Below, piece by piece: positions 37,758 through 47,417 of a stretch of 64,000 nt of DNA; position 1 is the first letter of the stretch; each line of letters begins with the position of its first letter. The notes under the pieces are model-generated. The model did not search any database. It was not told where the DNA came from and saw only the letters and a list, made by a program, of their open reading frames with translations. The DNA comes from an uncultured bacterium (lineage in GTDB: Bacteria > Patescibacteriota > Minisyncoccia > UBA6257 > 2-01-FULL-56-20). The stretch is taken from NCBI GenBank assembly GCA_963696395.1, contig CAVOJZ010000002.1, forward strand, positions 363,989 through 427,988, in the 5' to 3' direction. Position numbers and translations under genes: made by a program.

Positions 37758-39227
37758 TTACGCGGCTTTTTGGTGCGCGTGCGCGGAGAAGTAGTAGGTT
37801 GCGAACCCGAAGAATAGGAACAAGTTGATGTACATGGGGAAGACGTCGAAAATGGCGAGACCCTGGACGAGATATGCCACCGGCAATGCCAAAATCGCGC
37901 CCTTTAGAACCGTCGATGCATTTGCATGCTCGCCTCTCTTGTGAAGGTCGCGCCGGCGGAAGAATTCCCAGAAGATTACGAAGAAAATGCTTGCGTACGC
38001 AAGAAGTCCGATAAGTCCCGTCTCGGAAAGATAATCAAAGACGATGCTGTGTGCACGGTCGAACCAGGTTTCCGTATTCTGGTTCGGCACATAGAACCGC
38101 GGATCGAAATACCTGTCATACACCGCCGTGAAATTTTCCGGACCCCATCCGAAAACAGGCCGCGCAAGGAATCCCTGCCACGCTTCACCCCAAACCCAAA
38201 GGCGGGTTTGCGCCGTAGAGTCGGACAGGCTGATTTGCAACAACCGCCCTTCCGGCAAATTCTGCACGAATGTGCTGTTGCGCTCGGCGTAAGCTCCGAC
38301 GCCCAATATGATAAGTAAAATAGCAACCGCCGCAGACCACTTCCTGACCTTCACGCTGCCCGTGAAGGCAAAGTAGGCGAGGAGGGCAATCACGCCGGCA
38401 CCAAGACCAAGGAACGCGCCGCGCGTTTGCGTGAGGATGAAGAAGAATAAGAATACAACAAGAAGTGCGCTATAACCCCACGTGGCAAGTTTCGAGGATT
38501 TATTTTCAATCCTCCCGGCGAGCCAGAGATAAACCGCATAGAATGCCGCGAAAAGAAGATACGGAGCCACATAAGCCGGGTTACCAAGCGAACCTTCAAA
38601 ACGACCGTCGATCAAAATGTGCCACCAGCCTGCCGGAGCTCCCCCGCCGGCGTAAGGACCGATAAAGCCATTAACCATATAGTTTCCGAGAAGGCCGTAC
38701 CCGATCATAAGCCCCGACGCAACGAGCGACCAGCGGAAAATATTCTTCCAATCGTTCTCCTCCTGGAAGAGCGTCACGAGGAGCATGAAGAAGATGTAGT
38801 AGTGAATCATCTGGAAGCCTCCTTCGCCGCGTTCATAGTTTGACCAGAACGCCGCATGCGCATCGAGTGCAAACGCGCAGGCGAGAAGGAACGCCGCCAC
38901 AAATGCCGTCACCGCAATAACAAGCGGCTTCTTGTAATTCGCTTTTATGAGATTTTTTATTTCGTCCTTGCGAGCTTCGAATGCCCAATAAAGGATATAG
39001 GCGATAAGCGAGAGCTCAACCGTGAAGCGGAAAAAATAATCCTTTCCGCCGATGAACGGGAAAAAAATTGAGTCCATCACGACCACGACCGCCAGCACGG
39101 ATATATAGAGATACCACTTTGAGATTTGCTTGAACGAAAACTTGAGGAATTTGCCGATGATACCGACGAGGAGCAGACCTGCAATTACGGACGTTACGAG
39201 CGGATAATTAAATATGGTGTCGGACAT
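37758..39227 (-). CDS. O-antigen ligase / Wzy-like polymerase family membrane protein
   Basis: 489 aa with about 12 TM segments. TQTRGAFLGLGAG and a periplasmic loop followed by GWGPENF are typical of the Wzy_C/O-antigen ligase family. Confidence 0.5.
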   Translation of the reverse strand: MSDTIFNYPLVTSVIAGLLLVGIIGKFLKFSFKQISKWYLYISVLAVVVVMDSIFFPFIGGKDYFFRFTVELSLIAYILYWAFEARKDEIKNLIKANYKKPLVIAVTAFVAAFLLACAFALDAHAAFWSNYERGEGGFQMIHYYIFFMLLVTLFQEENDWKNIFRWSLVASGLMIGYGLLGNYMVNGFIGPYAGGGAPAGWWHILIDGRFEGSLGNPAYVAPYLLFAAFYAVYLWLAGRIENKSSKLATWGYSALLVVFLFFFILTQTRGAFLGLGAGVIALLAYFAFTGSVKVRKWSAAVAILLIILGVGAYAERNSTFVQNLPEGRLLQISLSDSTAQTRLWVWGEAWQGFLARPVFGWGPENFTAVYDRYFDPRFYVPNQNTETWFDRAHSIVFDYLSETGLIGLLAYASIFFVIFWEFFRRRDLHKRGEHANASTVLKGAILALPVAYLVQGLAIFDVFPMYINLFLFFGFATYYFSAHAHQKAA

Positions 39228-39268
39228 ATGGGTTTTAGTATATCACATACAGTAATATTGCAAGCGCC

Positions 39269-40795
39269 CTACCTGGCGTACTCAACCGCCCTCATTTCTC
39301 GGATAACATTTACCCGTATTTCGCCAGGATATTTGAGTTCCGATTGGATCTTATTCGCGATCTCCCGGGCAAGTTCCAAAGCCCTGAAATCATCGATTTT
39401 TTCGGGGATAACAAAGACCCGGAGTTCGCGGCCGGCCGCGATAGCGTAGGCGGATTTCACGCCAGGAAATTCAAGGGCGATCCTTTCGAGATCCGCAAGG
39501 CGCTTGATATAAGTTTCTATCGTACCGCGGCGGGCTCCCGGGCGGGCCGCGGACAAAACGTCAGCCGCAGTCACCACGTATGCCTCCGGCCGGGCGTACG
39601 GGAAATCTTCGTGATGGGATTGCATCGCTTCAACCACCCGCTCGTCGATGTTATATTTCTTGAGAAGCTTCATGCCGAGATCAACGTGCGTCCCCTCCAC
39701 TTCGTGGTCAATCGCTTTACCGATGTCGTGGAGCAACGCCCCTTTCTTTGCGACTTCAGCATTCAATCCGAGTTCGCGCGCCATCATTTCCGCGATATAC
39801 GCCATCTCAACAGAATGCGTGAGCACGTTCTGTCCGAAACTTGTTCGGAAATGGAGCCGTCCCAGAAGTTGGAGAATTTCTTTTGGAAGGTCGAAGACTC
39901 CCAAATCCTGAGCTGCAGCTTCGCCGATATCCTGTGCGCGTTTGTTGAGTTCCGCTTTCGCCTCTTCAACTTTCTCTTCAATTTTCGCGGGCTGGATGCG
40001 ACCATCTTTAATGAGCTTTTCGAGAGCCATTCTCGCGGTTTCGCGGCGATAGGGGTCGAACGAGGAGATAATAATCGTATCCGGTGCCTCGTCGATGATG
40101 AATTCAACGCCGGTCGCCCGCTCAAGAGCCCTTATATTCCGGCCCTCGCGGCCGATAATCTTGCCTTTTATTTCCTCGTCGGTGATCGGGAAAACAGTGG
40201 TTGTTATTTCTGCAACATGTGAACGCGCATAGCGCTGGAGGGCGGTCGTAATGATATCCGCGGCTTTCTTTTCTATCTCTTCGCGGTTTTCCCGGTCCAT
40301 CTTTTGGATCAGTTGGGCCGTATCCTGCGTGCGGTCCTCTTTGGCACGGCGAATGATTTCCAAGCGGGCCTGTTCAACGGAAAGGCCGCTCACCTTTTGG
40401 AGCCGAACCTCAACATCGCCCTCCTTCTTTCCAAGGTCATCTTCGCGAACCTTCAAACCGTCCTCCTTCACGCGAAGCTTGTTCTGCTCCGCCGTGAGAT
40501 CGTTCAATTTTTTATCGAGCGATTCTTCGCGCTGTAAAACACGCGCTTCAATCGCGTCGATTTCTTTCCTGCGCTCTTTCTCTTCGTTCTTAACTTCGGC
40601 GGAAACCGAGGCCGCTTTTTCTTTTGCCTCAAGCACAATTTCCTTGGCCCGCGTTTCCGCGTCTGCAAGGTTCTTTTTTATTTGTTCTTCGACTCCTCCG
40701 AGCTGTTTAGCTGCCCAGGATTTTCGAACGACGTATCCAACGGCTACCCCAACGAGGGCTGCAACGAGCCCTACCAAGGCTGTAGTGGCATTCAT
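39269..40795 (-). CDS. rny: ribonuclease Y
   Basis: N-terminal TM helix, a coiled-coil region, a KH domain (GKIIGREGRNIRALE) and an HD domain (HSVEMAYIA...LLHDIGK). Confidence 0.85.
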   Translation of the reverse strand: MNATTALVGLVAALVGVAVGYVVRKSWAAKQLGGVEEQIKKNLADAETRAKEIVLEAKEKAASVSAEVKNEEKERRKEIDAIEARVLQREESLDKKLNDLTAEQNKLRVKEDGLKVREDDLGKKEGDVEVRLQKVSGLSVEQARLEIIRRAKEDRTQDTAQLIQKMDRENREEIEKKAADIITTALQRYARSHVAEITTTVFPITDEEIKGKIIGREGRNIRALERATGVEFIIDEAPDTIIISSFDPYRRETARMALEKLIKDGRIQPAKIEEKVEEAKAELNKRAQDIGEAAAQDLGVFDLPKEILQLLGRLHFRTSFGQNVLTHSVEMAYIAEMMARELGLNAEVAKKGALLHDIGKAIDHEVEGTHVDLGMKLLKKYNIDERVVEAMQSHHEDFPYARPEAYVVTAADVLSAARPGARRGTIETYIKRLADLERIALEFPGVKSAYAIAAGRELRVFVIPEKIDDFRALELAREIANKIQSELKYPGEIRVNVIREMRAVEYAR

Positions 40796-40924
40796 GTGAA
40801 TAATTAATAACTACGGGTTTCATTTATTTTTAATGACTTTTGATTACTCATATGATAGCCGTTTGGGGCGTCTCGGTCAAATCACGGAGCCTCTCGAATG
40901 GTTGGGTGAGAACGCGCTGATTGC

Positions 40925-40930
40925 GATATA
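40925..40930 (+). promoter_or_regulatory. -10 hexamer TATAAT 8 nt upstream of the gpmI ATG (leaderless-type promoter candidate)
   Basis: cgaTATAATaggtgcATG. Confidence 0.3.
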
Positions 40931-40938
40931 ATAGGTGC

Positions 40939-42474
40939 ATGGCAAAGAAAACAGCGATCCTTATCGTGCTCGACGGCTGGGGCATCGGGGCGAACAACGA
41001 ATCGAACCCTATCTATATCGTTAAGCCGCCGATCTTTGACTGGCTCGCGCAGAACTATCCGGTAACCAGCGTCCAGGCTTCGGGTATCGCCGTAGGCCTC
41101 CCATGGGGTGAAGTCGGCAATAGTGAAGTGGGTCACTTAACGATCGGCGCCGGAAAGGTGCTCTACCAATATTATCCGAAAATCACGATGGCGATCCGCG
41201 ACGGCAGTTTCGCACAAAACAAAGTTTTGAACGACGCGTTCGACCACGTGGTCAAAAATAACAGCGCCATCAATTTCGCCGGCCTTCTCACGAAGGCGAA
41301 TGTTCATGCGTCAATCGAGCATCTTGGAACGCTCATCAAACTTGCCGAGGAGCACGGGATCAAAAACATCAACCTTCATTTGTTTGCCGACGGAAAGGAC
41401 AGCCCCCCGCGTTCGCTCGAAAGTTTTTTGAAGGAAATTCCGAAACAATATCTCGCCTCGCTCGTCGGCCGCTACTACGGGATGGACCGCAACGGCAACT
41501 GGCGCCTCACGGAAACCTCCTACCAATTAATGCTCGGCAAACTCGGTCCCGTCGTGACCGACCCGACGCCGCTCATCGAAGCAACCTACAAGCAGGGCTC
41601 GACGGAAGAATATTTAACGCCGATGCGATTTTCCGAAGATAAAAAATTGCAGGACGGCGACGCGCTTATCTTCTTTAATTACCGGGAAGACAGCATCCGG
41701 CAGATCGCGGCATCGTTCATTGTGAAACCGTTCGACAAATTCCCGACGGTCCCCTTCGCCAATTTATATCTCGCGACCATGACGCACTACGATGATTCGT
41801 TCCAGGTGCCGATCATCTGCGAAGCTGACACCGTCACCGTTCCTCTCGGAAAAGTTCTGAGCGATAAAGGGTTCGCCCAGCTTCGCATCGCCGAAACCTA
41901 TAAGTACGCCCACGTCACCTATTTCTTTAACGGTCTCCGAGAACCGCCTTTCCCGGGCGAATACCGCACGCTCATCCCCTCAAACTCCAATCTTCATCCG
42001 GAAGAGCATCCGGAAATGATGGCAAGCGCGATTACCGACCGCCTCATCGAAGCCATCAACAGCAAGGGGTTCCAGTTCATCCTCGTTAATTATGCGAATG
42101 CCGACGCCATCGCGCACACGTCGGACTACAACGCAGCGCTCGAAGCGGTCCGGGTGATCGACCGTGAAATCACGCGCGTCCTTAAAGTCGCCGAAGACCC
42201 CGATATTCTGCTCATGATCACAAGCGACCACGGCAACATCGAAGAGATGATCGACATCATGACCGGCCTGCCCGAGAGCCAGCACGACGCGAGCCCGGTG
42301 CCGCTCTATATTGTGGCGGAGGAATTTAAGGGAAAGAAGTTCGTGAATGCCGATACGCGGGCCGAAGAAAGCCTTGGCTCGCTTGCAGACATCACGCCAA
42401 CCCTACTCGCCATTATGGGAATCGAGAAGCCGCCGGAAATGACCGGCGAGAGCATGCTTGGAGGATTGATTTGA
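40939..42474 (+). CDS. gpmI: 2,3-bisphosphoglycerate-independent phosphoglycerate mutase
   Basis: MAKKTAILIVLDGWGIG...NSEVGHLTIGAG is the iPGM signature. Confidence 0.9.
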   Translation: MAKKTAILIVLDGWGIGANNESNPIYIVKPPIFDWLAQNYPVTSVQASGIAVGLPWGEVGNSEVGHLTIGAGKVLYQYYPKITMAIRDGSFAQNKVLNDAFDHVVKNNSAINFAGLLTKANVHASIEHLGTLIKLAEEHGIKNINLHLFADGKDSPPRSLESFLKEIPKQYLASLVGRYYGMDRNGNWRLTETSYQLMLGKLGPVVTDPTPLIEATYKQGSTEEYLTPMRFSEDKKLQDGDALIFFNYREDSIRQIAASFIVKPFDKFPTVPFANLYLATMTHYDDSFQVPIICEADTVTVPLGKVLSDKGFAQLRIAETYKYAHVTYFFNGLREPPFPGEYRTLIPSNSNLHPEEHPEMMASAITDRLIEAINSKGFQFILVNYANADAIAHTSDYNAALEAVRVIDREITRVLKVAEDPDILLMITSDHGNIEEMIDIMTGLPESQHDASPVPLYIVAEEFKGKKFVNADTRAEESLGSLADITPTLLAIMGIEKPPEMTGESMLGGLI

Positions 42475-42500
42475 AACGACTTAGGAAAAGATTAGTGTAT

Positions 42501-42690
42501 ACGCGGGACTTTGCTTGCGCGCGGACTTGTGCCGCAAACGGAAGCGAGAGGGAATGCATGAGCGAATAGAAAAAATGCGGGGTGCCCCCGCGCTTGTCGC
42601 GGATGGGCCGCATTTTTTCGTTACGAGCGAGCTGCATTTCCGGAGCTGGAGTTACTAGGCACAAGTCCGCGCGCAAGCAAAGTCCCGCGT
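42501..42690. repeat. 33-bp perfect inverted repeat pair (42501-42533 / 42658-42690) enclosing a 124-nt core that contains an A6-hairpin-T6 bidirectional-terminator-like stem-loop
   Basis: acgcgggactttgcttgcgcgcggacttgtgcc is exactly reverse-complemented at 42658-42690. The inner aaaaaatgcgg / ccgcatttttt arms sit at 42571-42581 and 42608-42618. The element fills the gpmI/holin-like intergenic space. Confidence 0.6.
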
Positions 42691-42692
42691 GG

Positions 42693-42698
42693 TATAAT
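42693..42698 (+). promoter_or_regulatory. -10 hexamer TATAAT 6 nt upstream of the ATG at 42705 (leaderless-type promoter candidate)
   Basis: ggTATAATcaatccATG, immediately after the right arm of the inverted repeat. Confidence 0.3.
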
Positions 42699-42704
42699 CA
42701 ATCC

Positions 42705-43073
42705 ATGCACTGGCTCATAAAAGCACTCATCGTCATCCTGGGCAACGCCCTCGCGCTGTGGCTCGCGTATCTTTGGGTGCCGGGATTTGTTTTGACCGCG
42801 AATTTTTTACAGCTCTTCGTGATTGGTATTATCCTTGCCGTCCTCAACTTTTTACTCAAACCACTCCTTGCGCTCGTTCTCGGTCCTATCATCCTTCTCA
42901 CGCTCGGACTCGGCATCATTATCGTGAACGCAATCATCCTTTATCTGCTTCCGATTCTCGCGGATCATCTTGACTTCCTACGTGGAAGCATTACCATTCA
43001 GAGCATTCCGGCGCTCTTCCTCGCAACCATAATCGTAAGCGTCGTCAATTTCTTAATTCATCTCATTGCATAG
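42705..43073 (+). CDS. small 4-TM membrane protein (DUF360 / phage-holin-family-4-like)
   Basis: 122 aa from the internal ATG: MHWLIKALIVILGNALALWLAYLWVPGF..., with four hydrophobic helices. Confidence 0.35.
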   Translation: MHWLIKALIVILGNALALWLAYLWVPGFVLTANFLQLFVIGIILAVLNFLLKPLLALVLGPIILLTLGLGIIIVNAIILYLLPILADHLDFLRGSITIQSIPALFLATIIVSVVNFLIHLIA

Positions 43074-43074
43074 C

Positions 43075-43287
43075 ATGCTCACCATCATCCAAATCGCTAT
43101 CGCTATCGTCATCATCGTCCTCATCCTCCTCCAGGAACGCTCCTCCGGCATGTCCGGCCTTTTTGGCGGGGACAGCGGCGGGCTGTACCAGACACGCCGG
43201 GGCATGGAGAAAACAATGTTCTATCTCACGATCATTATGTGTATCGCCTTTGTCGGCATTGCGGTGTTTCAGCTGTACCGCCCGTAA
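43075..43287 (+). CDS. secG: preprotein translocase subunit SecG
   Basis: 70 aa: MLTIIQIAIAIVIIVLILLQ...GMSGLFGGDSGG...RRGMEK plus a second TM helix, the typical SecG layout. Confidence 0.6.
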   Translation: MLTIIQIAIAIVIIVLILLQERSSGMSGLFGGDSGGLYQTRRGMEKTMFYLTIIMCIAFVGIAVFQLYRP

Positions 43288-43319
43288 GCATTCCGGGCAA
43301 TCCTCGGTTCTTTTTTTAT

Positions 43320-45011
43320 ATGACATGGTTTAAAAAAATCTTTGCGGCTCTCTCGCGCGGAGAACGCGCCGTTTTTCTTGTTGCGCTTGCCGGCGCTCTC
43401 GTGAGTTTTATTGTCGTGATGGGTATTTTGTATACGAACGTCACGAGAGCCGTGCCGGCTCAGGGCGGCGAATTTATTGAAGGCGCGATCGGCCAGCCGG
43501 AATACGTCAATCCGGTTATCGCCGAATCGCAGACGGATCTCGACCTTGTGCGGATGATGTACAGCAATATCAATGACATTGCGGATTCCATCAGCGTATC
43601 AACCGACACGCGCACGTGGACTGTCCACTTGAAGGACGGCCTCACATGGCAGGACGGGCAAAAGCTCACGAGCGATGACGTGGTTTTTACCGTGCAATCG
43701 ATCCAGGATCCGGACGCCCATTCCCCTTTCTATGCAAGCTGGCAGGGCGTTGCCGTGAGTCGTATGAGCGAGCTTGAAGTGCAATTCACCTTGGTTAACC
43801 CCTATGCATTTTTTGCCGACAACCTCGCAAATCTTTACGTCGTTCCGAAACATCTTTTTGCCGATACGCCGCCCGGCAACTGGCACCTTTCGGATTACAA
43901 CTTGAAACCGATCGGAAGCGGACCATACAAGTTTTCGTCCTATGAAAAAAATAGTGATGGGTTCATCACGGGATACAATCTCGAAGCGTGGAGCGGCAAC
44001 GGCGCGCATCCCCTCATCCAAAATTTTGATTTTCAATTCGTGACCGATGAAAATACGCTGGTCGGTGATTTTAACAGCGGCCAGATAGACGCATTCGGAA
44101 ACGCAACACCCGAAGATATTTCAGAGATCGAGCGCCCCTACGATTCATTTGCGTGGCGAACATCCGGTTACTATGCGGTTTTCCTCAATGAAAGCAAGAA
44201 TCTTGCTCTCCAGGATCCGGCGGTGCGGATTGCGCTCACATCCTCACTCGACCGCACGGATATTGCAAATCAGGTCTTCAACGGTAATGCCGCAAGCGAC
44301 GTCGGACCAATCCCACCCGATGCCGCGTATTTCACTCCGCTCACAACAACCTCTTCGCTCGATTTTGCCTCGACAACACTCACCAATGCCGGCTGGGTTT
44401 TTCCTGGTGCTTCCTCCTCAACCGACGCGGCCGACTCAAGCTCAACGGTGCCCGCAAATATTTTCCGTTCAAAAACCATCAATGGCACCCAGATTCCTTT
44501 GGTGATAAATCTCACCGTGCCGCAGATTGATTTTCTTGCAAAAACGGCAACGCTCCTCCAGTCCGCATGGCAATCCATCGGCATCCAGGTGAACATTATG
44601 CCCGATTCGGCTGACGACATTGCGAATCAGACAATCAAGAACCGGGACTATGAAGCGCTCCTTTTTGGAAATGTGCTGGGACCGAGCTCGGATCTTTATT
44701 CATTCTGGGATTCTTCGCAGCGGTTTTATCCCGGGCTGAATCTTGCGATCTACAGCAATAAGAATGTTGACGCCGCCATCGAGGATGCGCGCCAGCAAAC
44801 GAGCAGTACCCTCATCGCATCGGATATGGCGATTGCGCAAACCGATATCGCAAACGACAATCCTGCAATCTTCCTTTATTCGCCGGACTACGTATATGTG
44901 ACGAATAAAAATGTCCAGGGCATTGCAACGAGCACATTGCTCGCGGACCCATCAGACCGGTTCAACGAAGTGCCCGAATGGTATTTAAATACCGCCCGCG
45001 TCCTCAAATAA
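43320..45011 (+). CDS. ABC transporter substrate-binding protein, family 5 (peptide/nickel type), membrane-anchored
   Basis: N-terminal TM/signal anchor. TWTVHLKDGLTWQDGQKLTSDDVVFT is the SBP_bac_5 signature region. Confidence 0.55.
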   Translation: MTWFKKIFAALSRGERAVFLVALAGALVSFIVVMGILYTNVTRAVPAQGGEFIEGAIGQPEYVNPVIAESQTDLDLVRMMYSNINDIADSISVSTDTRTWTVHLKDGLTWQDGQKLTSDDVVFTVQSIQDPDAHSPFYASWQGVAVSRMSELEVQFTLVNPYAFFADNLANLYVVPKHLFADTPPGNWHLSDYNLKPIGSGPYKFSSYEKNSDGFITGYNLEAWSGNGAHPLIQNFDFQFVTDENTLVGDFNSGQIDAFGNATPEDISEIERPYDSFAWRTSGYYAVFLNESKNLALQDPAVRIALTSSLDRTDIANQVFNGNAASDVGPIPPDAAYFTPLTTTSSLDFASTTLTNAGWVFPGASSSTDAADSSSTVPANIFRSKTINGTQIPLVINLTVPQIDFLAKTATLLQSAWQSIGIQVNIMPDSADDIANQTIKNRDYEALLFGNVLGPSSDLYSFWDSSQRFYPGLNLAIYSNKNVDAAIEDARQQTSSTLIASDMAIAQTDIANDNPAIFLYSPDYVYVTNKNVQGIATSTLLADPSDRFNEVPEWYLNTARVLK

Positions 45012-45159
45012 TCCGGCCCCGGATATTTGACTTTTTTGCCTCCTCTCTGATATACTCAAGTTTCCAAGGTTAATCACTCTTTCTTTCCGAAATCCGCATG
45101 AAATACGCCCGTCGCAATATCCTGAGTCATCACGCGTGATTTTTGTACCCAATCCCCTT

Positions 45160-45243
45160 GCCGGGGTGGCGGAACTGGCAGACGCACTGGTTTCAGGTAC
45201 CAGCGGCCGCAAGGCCATAGGAGTTCGAATCTCCTCCTCGGCA
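45160..45243 (+). tRNA. tRNA-Leu (anticodon CAG), type II with 15-nt variable arm
   Basis: Manual fold: acceptor GCCGGGG/CCTCGGC (one G-U pair), D-stem GCG/CGC, anticodon stem CTGGT/ACCAG, loop TTCAGGT, variable arm cGGCCgcaaGGCCat, T-arm AGGAG-TTCGAAT-CTCCT. No CCA is encoded. Confidence 0.8.
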
Positions 45244-45293
45244 CACAGGCAGATCGCGACAAACAAACTAATTAAAAATAAATTAACCAACAA

Positions 45294-47246
45294 TTGCAGA
45301 TGAATAAAAAAACTGAAAGTCAAAAAATAGAGCCCCAGTCGGCCTCCATTACGGAACGGCCGCGTATACGGCCGCCCGAGATCCGGCCGCGCCCGGCAAC
45401 GCCCGCTGCTCCTGCGCATACCCAGCCAAAGGCTCCGTCCGAAGGACGACCGGCTCGCAAACCGGGCGGCGGACACCGCCCGCCCCGCGGCGCCCGCACA
45501 CCGGCGCCGGGCAAATCAAACAATCCAAAGCTTGGTCCTCGCCGCGAATCACAGCCGCAACAGGCTGTCGTACAGCAGGCAAACGGCGAAGCTGTCCGCT
45601 TTGTGCCGCTTGGCGGCCTCGAAGAGGTCGGCCGCAACTGTATGTTTCTTGAATATAAAAATGAAATCGTAATCATTGATGTCGGTTTGCAGTTCCCCGA
45701 AGAGGAAACGCCCGGCATTGATTACATCATTCCGAACATCCAGTATCTCGAAAAGAAAAAAGAAAATATCGCCGCGATCATCCTGACGCACGGCCATTAC
45801 GACCATATCGGTGCCTTGCCACATCTGCTCGCCAAGCTCGGCAATCCCCCGATCTACGCGACCTCGATCACAAAAGCGATAATCGAGAAGCGCCAGGAGG
45901 ATTTTCCAAATTCCCCAAAGATGAACGTGCTCACCGTGAAGAACGGCAGCGACGTAAAAGTCTCAAATAACTTCAGCGCACTGTTCTTCGGCGTGCCGCA
46001 TACGATCCCCGAAACCACGGGCGTCCTCATGCGCACACCGGCGGGCAACATCGTGCACTTTGCGGACTTCCGCGTTGACTACAACGACGAAGGCGAGCCG
46101 CAAGGCCTCGATGAATTTGAAAAAATCGGCAAGATGGGCGTCCACAGTTTTATGGTGGACAGCACGAACGCCGAAAAGCCGGGGCATTCCGTTTCCGAAA
46201 AAACCGTCGAGCGAAATCTTGAAGAAATTTTCAAGAAAGCCGAAGGCCGAATCATCGTGGCAACATTCGCGTCGCTTCTCACGCGCATCGCGGAAATCAT
46301 TAAGATCGCGGAAAAACTCGGCCGCAAAGTTGCGCTCAACGGCTATTCCATGAAGACGAATATCCAGATTGCGCAGACGCTCGGCTTCGTTAAAGCAAAA
46401 GAAGGCACCATCATCGCCGTCGAGGAGGTGAACAAGATGAAAGACGACAAAATTCTCATCCTTTCCACCGGCGCCCAGGGCGAATCGAACGCCGGCCTCA
46501 TGAAGATGATCAACGGCGAACATCGCCACATCAAGATCAAGCCGGGCGATACAATGGTGCTTTCATCGTCCATCATTCCGGGCAATGAAAAGAGCGTGCA
46601 GACCGTGAAAGACAATCTCGCCCGCCAAGGCGCAATCGTTTACCATTCATCCCTCGTGGACATCCACTCTTCCGGCCACGCGCCGAAAGACGATTTGAAG
46701 CTCGTGATGAAACTCATCAATCCGAAATTCCTCGTGCCGGTGCACGGCTACTACTTCATGCGCGCCGCGAACGGCCTCTCCGCACGCGAAGTCGGCATCC
46801 CGAAGGAAAATATCATGCTCATGGACAACGGCCAGGTTGCCGAGCTCACGCAAGATAAATTCATCGTCACCAAAGAAGAAGTGCCGGCGTTCTACGTGAT
46901 GGTTGACGGCCTCGGCGTTGGCGACGTGGAGGAAGTTGTTTTGCGTGACCGCCGCGCGCTCTCGCAGGAAGGCATGATTGTGATCATCCTCACCATGGAT
47001 CGCGACAAGGGGCGCGTCCTCAAAAATCCGGACATCATTTCCCGCGGTTTCATCTACCTCAAAGAAAACCAGGAGATGCTCGACGAAATCCGCAAACGCA
47101 TCCGCGGTCTCATGCAGCGCCTGCCGTCATATCGCGAAGTTGAACCCGATTATCTGAAGACGCTCATCCGCGACCAGGTCGGGCAATACCTCTACACGAA
47201 GACCAAGCGCCGCCCGATGATTCTGCCGGTCATCATTGAGATATAG
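45294..47246 (+). CDS. rnj: ribonuclease J (metallo-beta-lactamase/beta-CASP) with ~95-aa Pro/Arg/Ala-rich N-terminal extension
   Basis: FVPLGGLEEVGRNCMFLEY...ILTHGHYDHIGALP is the RNase J core. The N-terminus is low-complexity (RPRIRPPEIRPRPATPAAPAHTQPKAPSEGRPARKPGGGHRPPRGART). Confidence 0.85.
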   Translation: MQMNKKTESQKIEPQSASITERPRIRPPEIRPRPATPAAPAHTQPKAPSEGRPARKPGGGHRPPRGARTPAPGKSNNPKLGPRRESQPQQAVVQQANGEAVRFVPLGGLEEVGRNCMFLEYKNEIVIIDVGLQFPEEETPGIDYIIPNIQYLEKKKENIAAIILTHGHYDHIGALPHLLAKLGNPPIYATSITKAIIEKRQEDFPNSPKMNVLTVKNGSDVKVSNNFSALFFGVPHTIPETTGVLMRTPAGNIVHFADFRVDYNDEGEPQGLDEFEKIGKMGVHSFMVDSTNAEKPGHSVSEKTVERNLEEIFKKAEGRIIVATFASLLTRIAEIIKIAEKLGRKVALNGYSMKTNIQIAQTLGFVKAKEGTIIAVEEVNKMKDDKILILSTGAQGESNAGLMKMINGEHRHIKIKPGDTMVLSSSIIPGNEKSVQTVKDNLARQGAIVYHSSLVDIHSSGHAPKDDLKLVMKLINPKFLVPVHGYYFMRAANGLSAREVGIPKENIMLMDNGQVAELTQDKFIVTKEEVPAFYVMVDGLGVGDVEEVVLRDRRALSQEGMIVIILTMDRDKGRVLKNPDIISRGFIYLKENQEMLDEIRKRIRGLMQRLPSYREVEPDYLKTLIRDQVGQYLYTKTKRRPMILPVIIEI

Positions 47247-47255
47247 CTCGCAGTC

Positions 47256-47397
47256 AAACCTCCCGAATCGTATTCTCGGGGTCGGCGTCGCTCCGTTCTC
47301 GGAGCGCGCCTAACTCTCGGCGCGAGCCAGCTTCCTTACCAATGGTTGCTCTTGCTCGCACCTCCGAGATACCCCTCAAATGCGATTCGGGAGGTTT
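47256..47397. repeat. 15-bp perfect inverted repeat (47256-47270 / 47383-47397) enclosing nested hairpins in the rnj 3' region
   Basis: aaacctcccgaatcg is exactly reverse-complemented at 47383-47397. Inner pairs are ctcggag/ctccgag and gagcgcgcc/ggcgcgagc. Confidence 0.5.
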
Positions 47398-47408
47398 TCC
47401 TTGCTCGT

Positions 47409-47417
47409 GATATAATC
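47409..47417 (+). promoter_or_regulatory. extended -10 (TGATATAAT) 5 nt upstream of the trpS ATG (leaderless-type promoter candidate)
   Basis: gTGATATAATcaccttATG. Confidence 0.35.

Noticed and set aside
42582-42704. Longer 163-aa version of the holin-like ORF starting at 42582
   Set aside because: The upstream 41 codons lie inside the 33-bp inverted-repeat element. A TATAAT box sits at 42693-42698, and the hydrophobic protein begins cleanly at the ATG at 42705.
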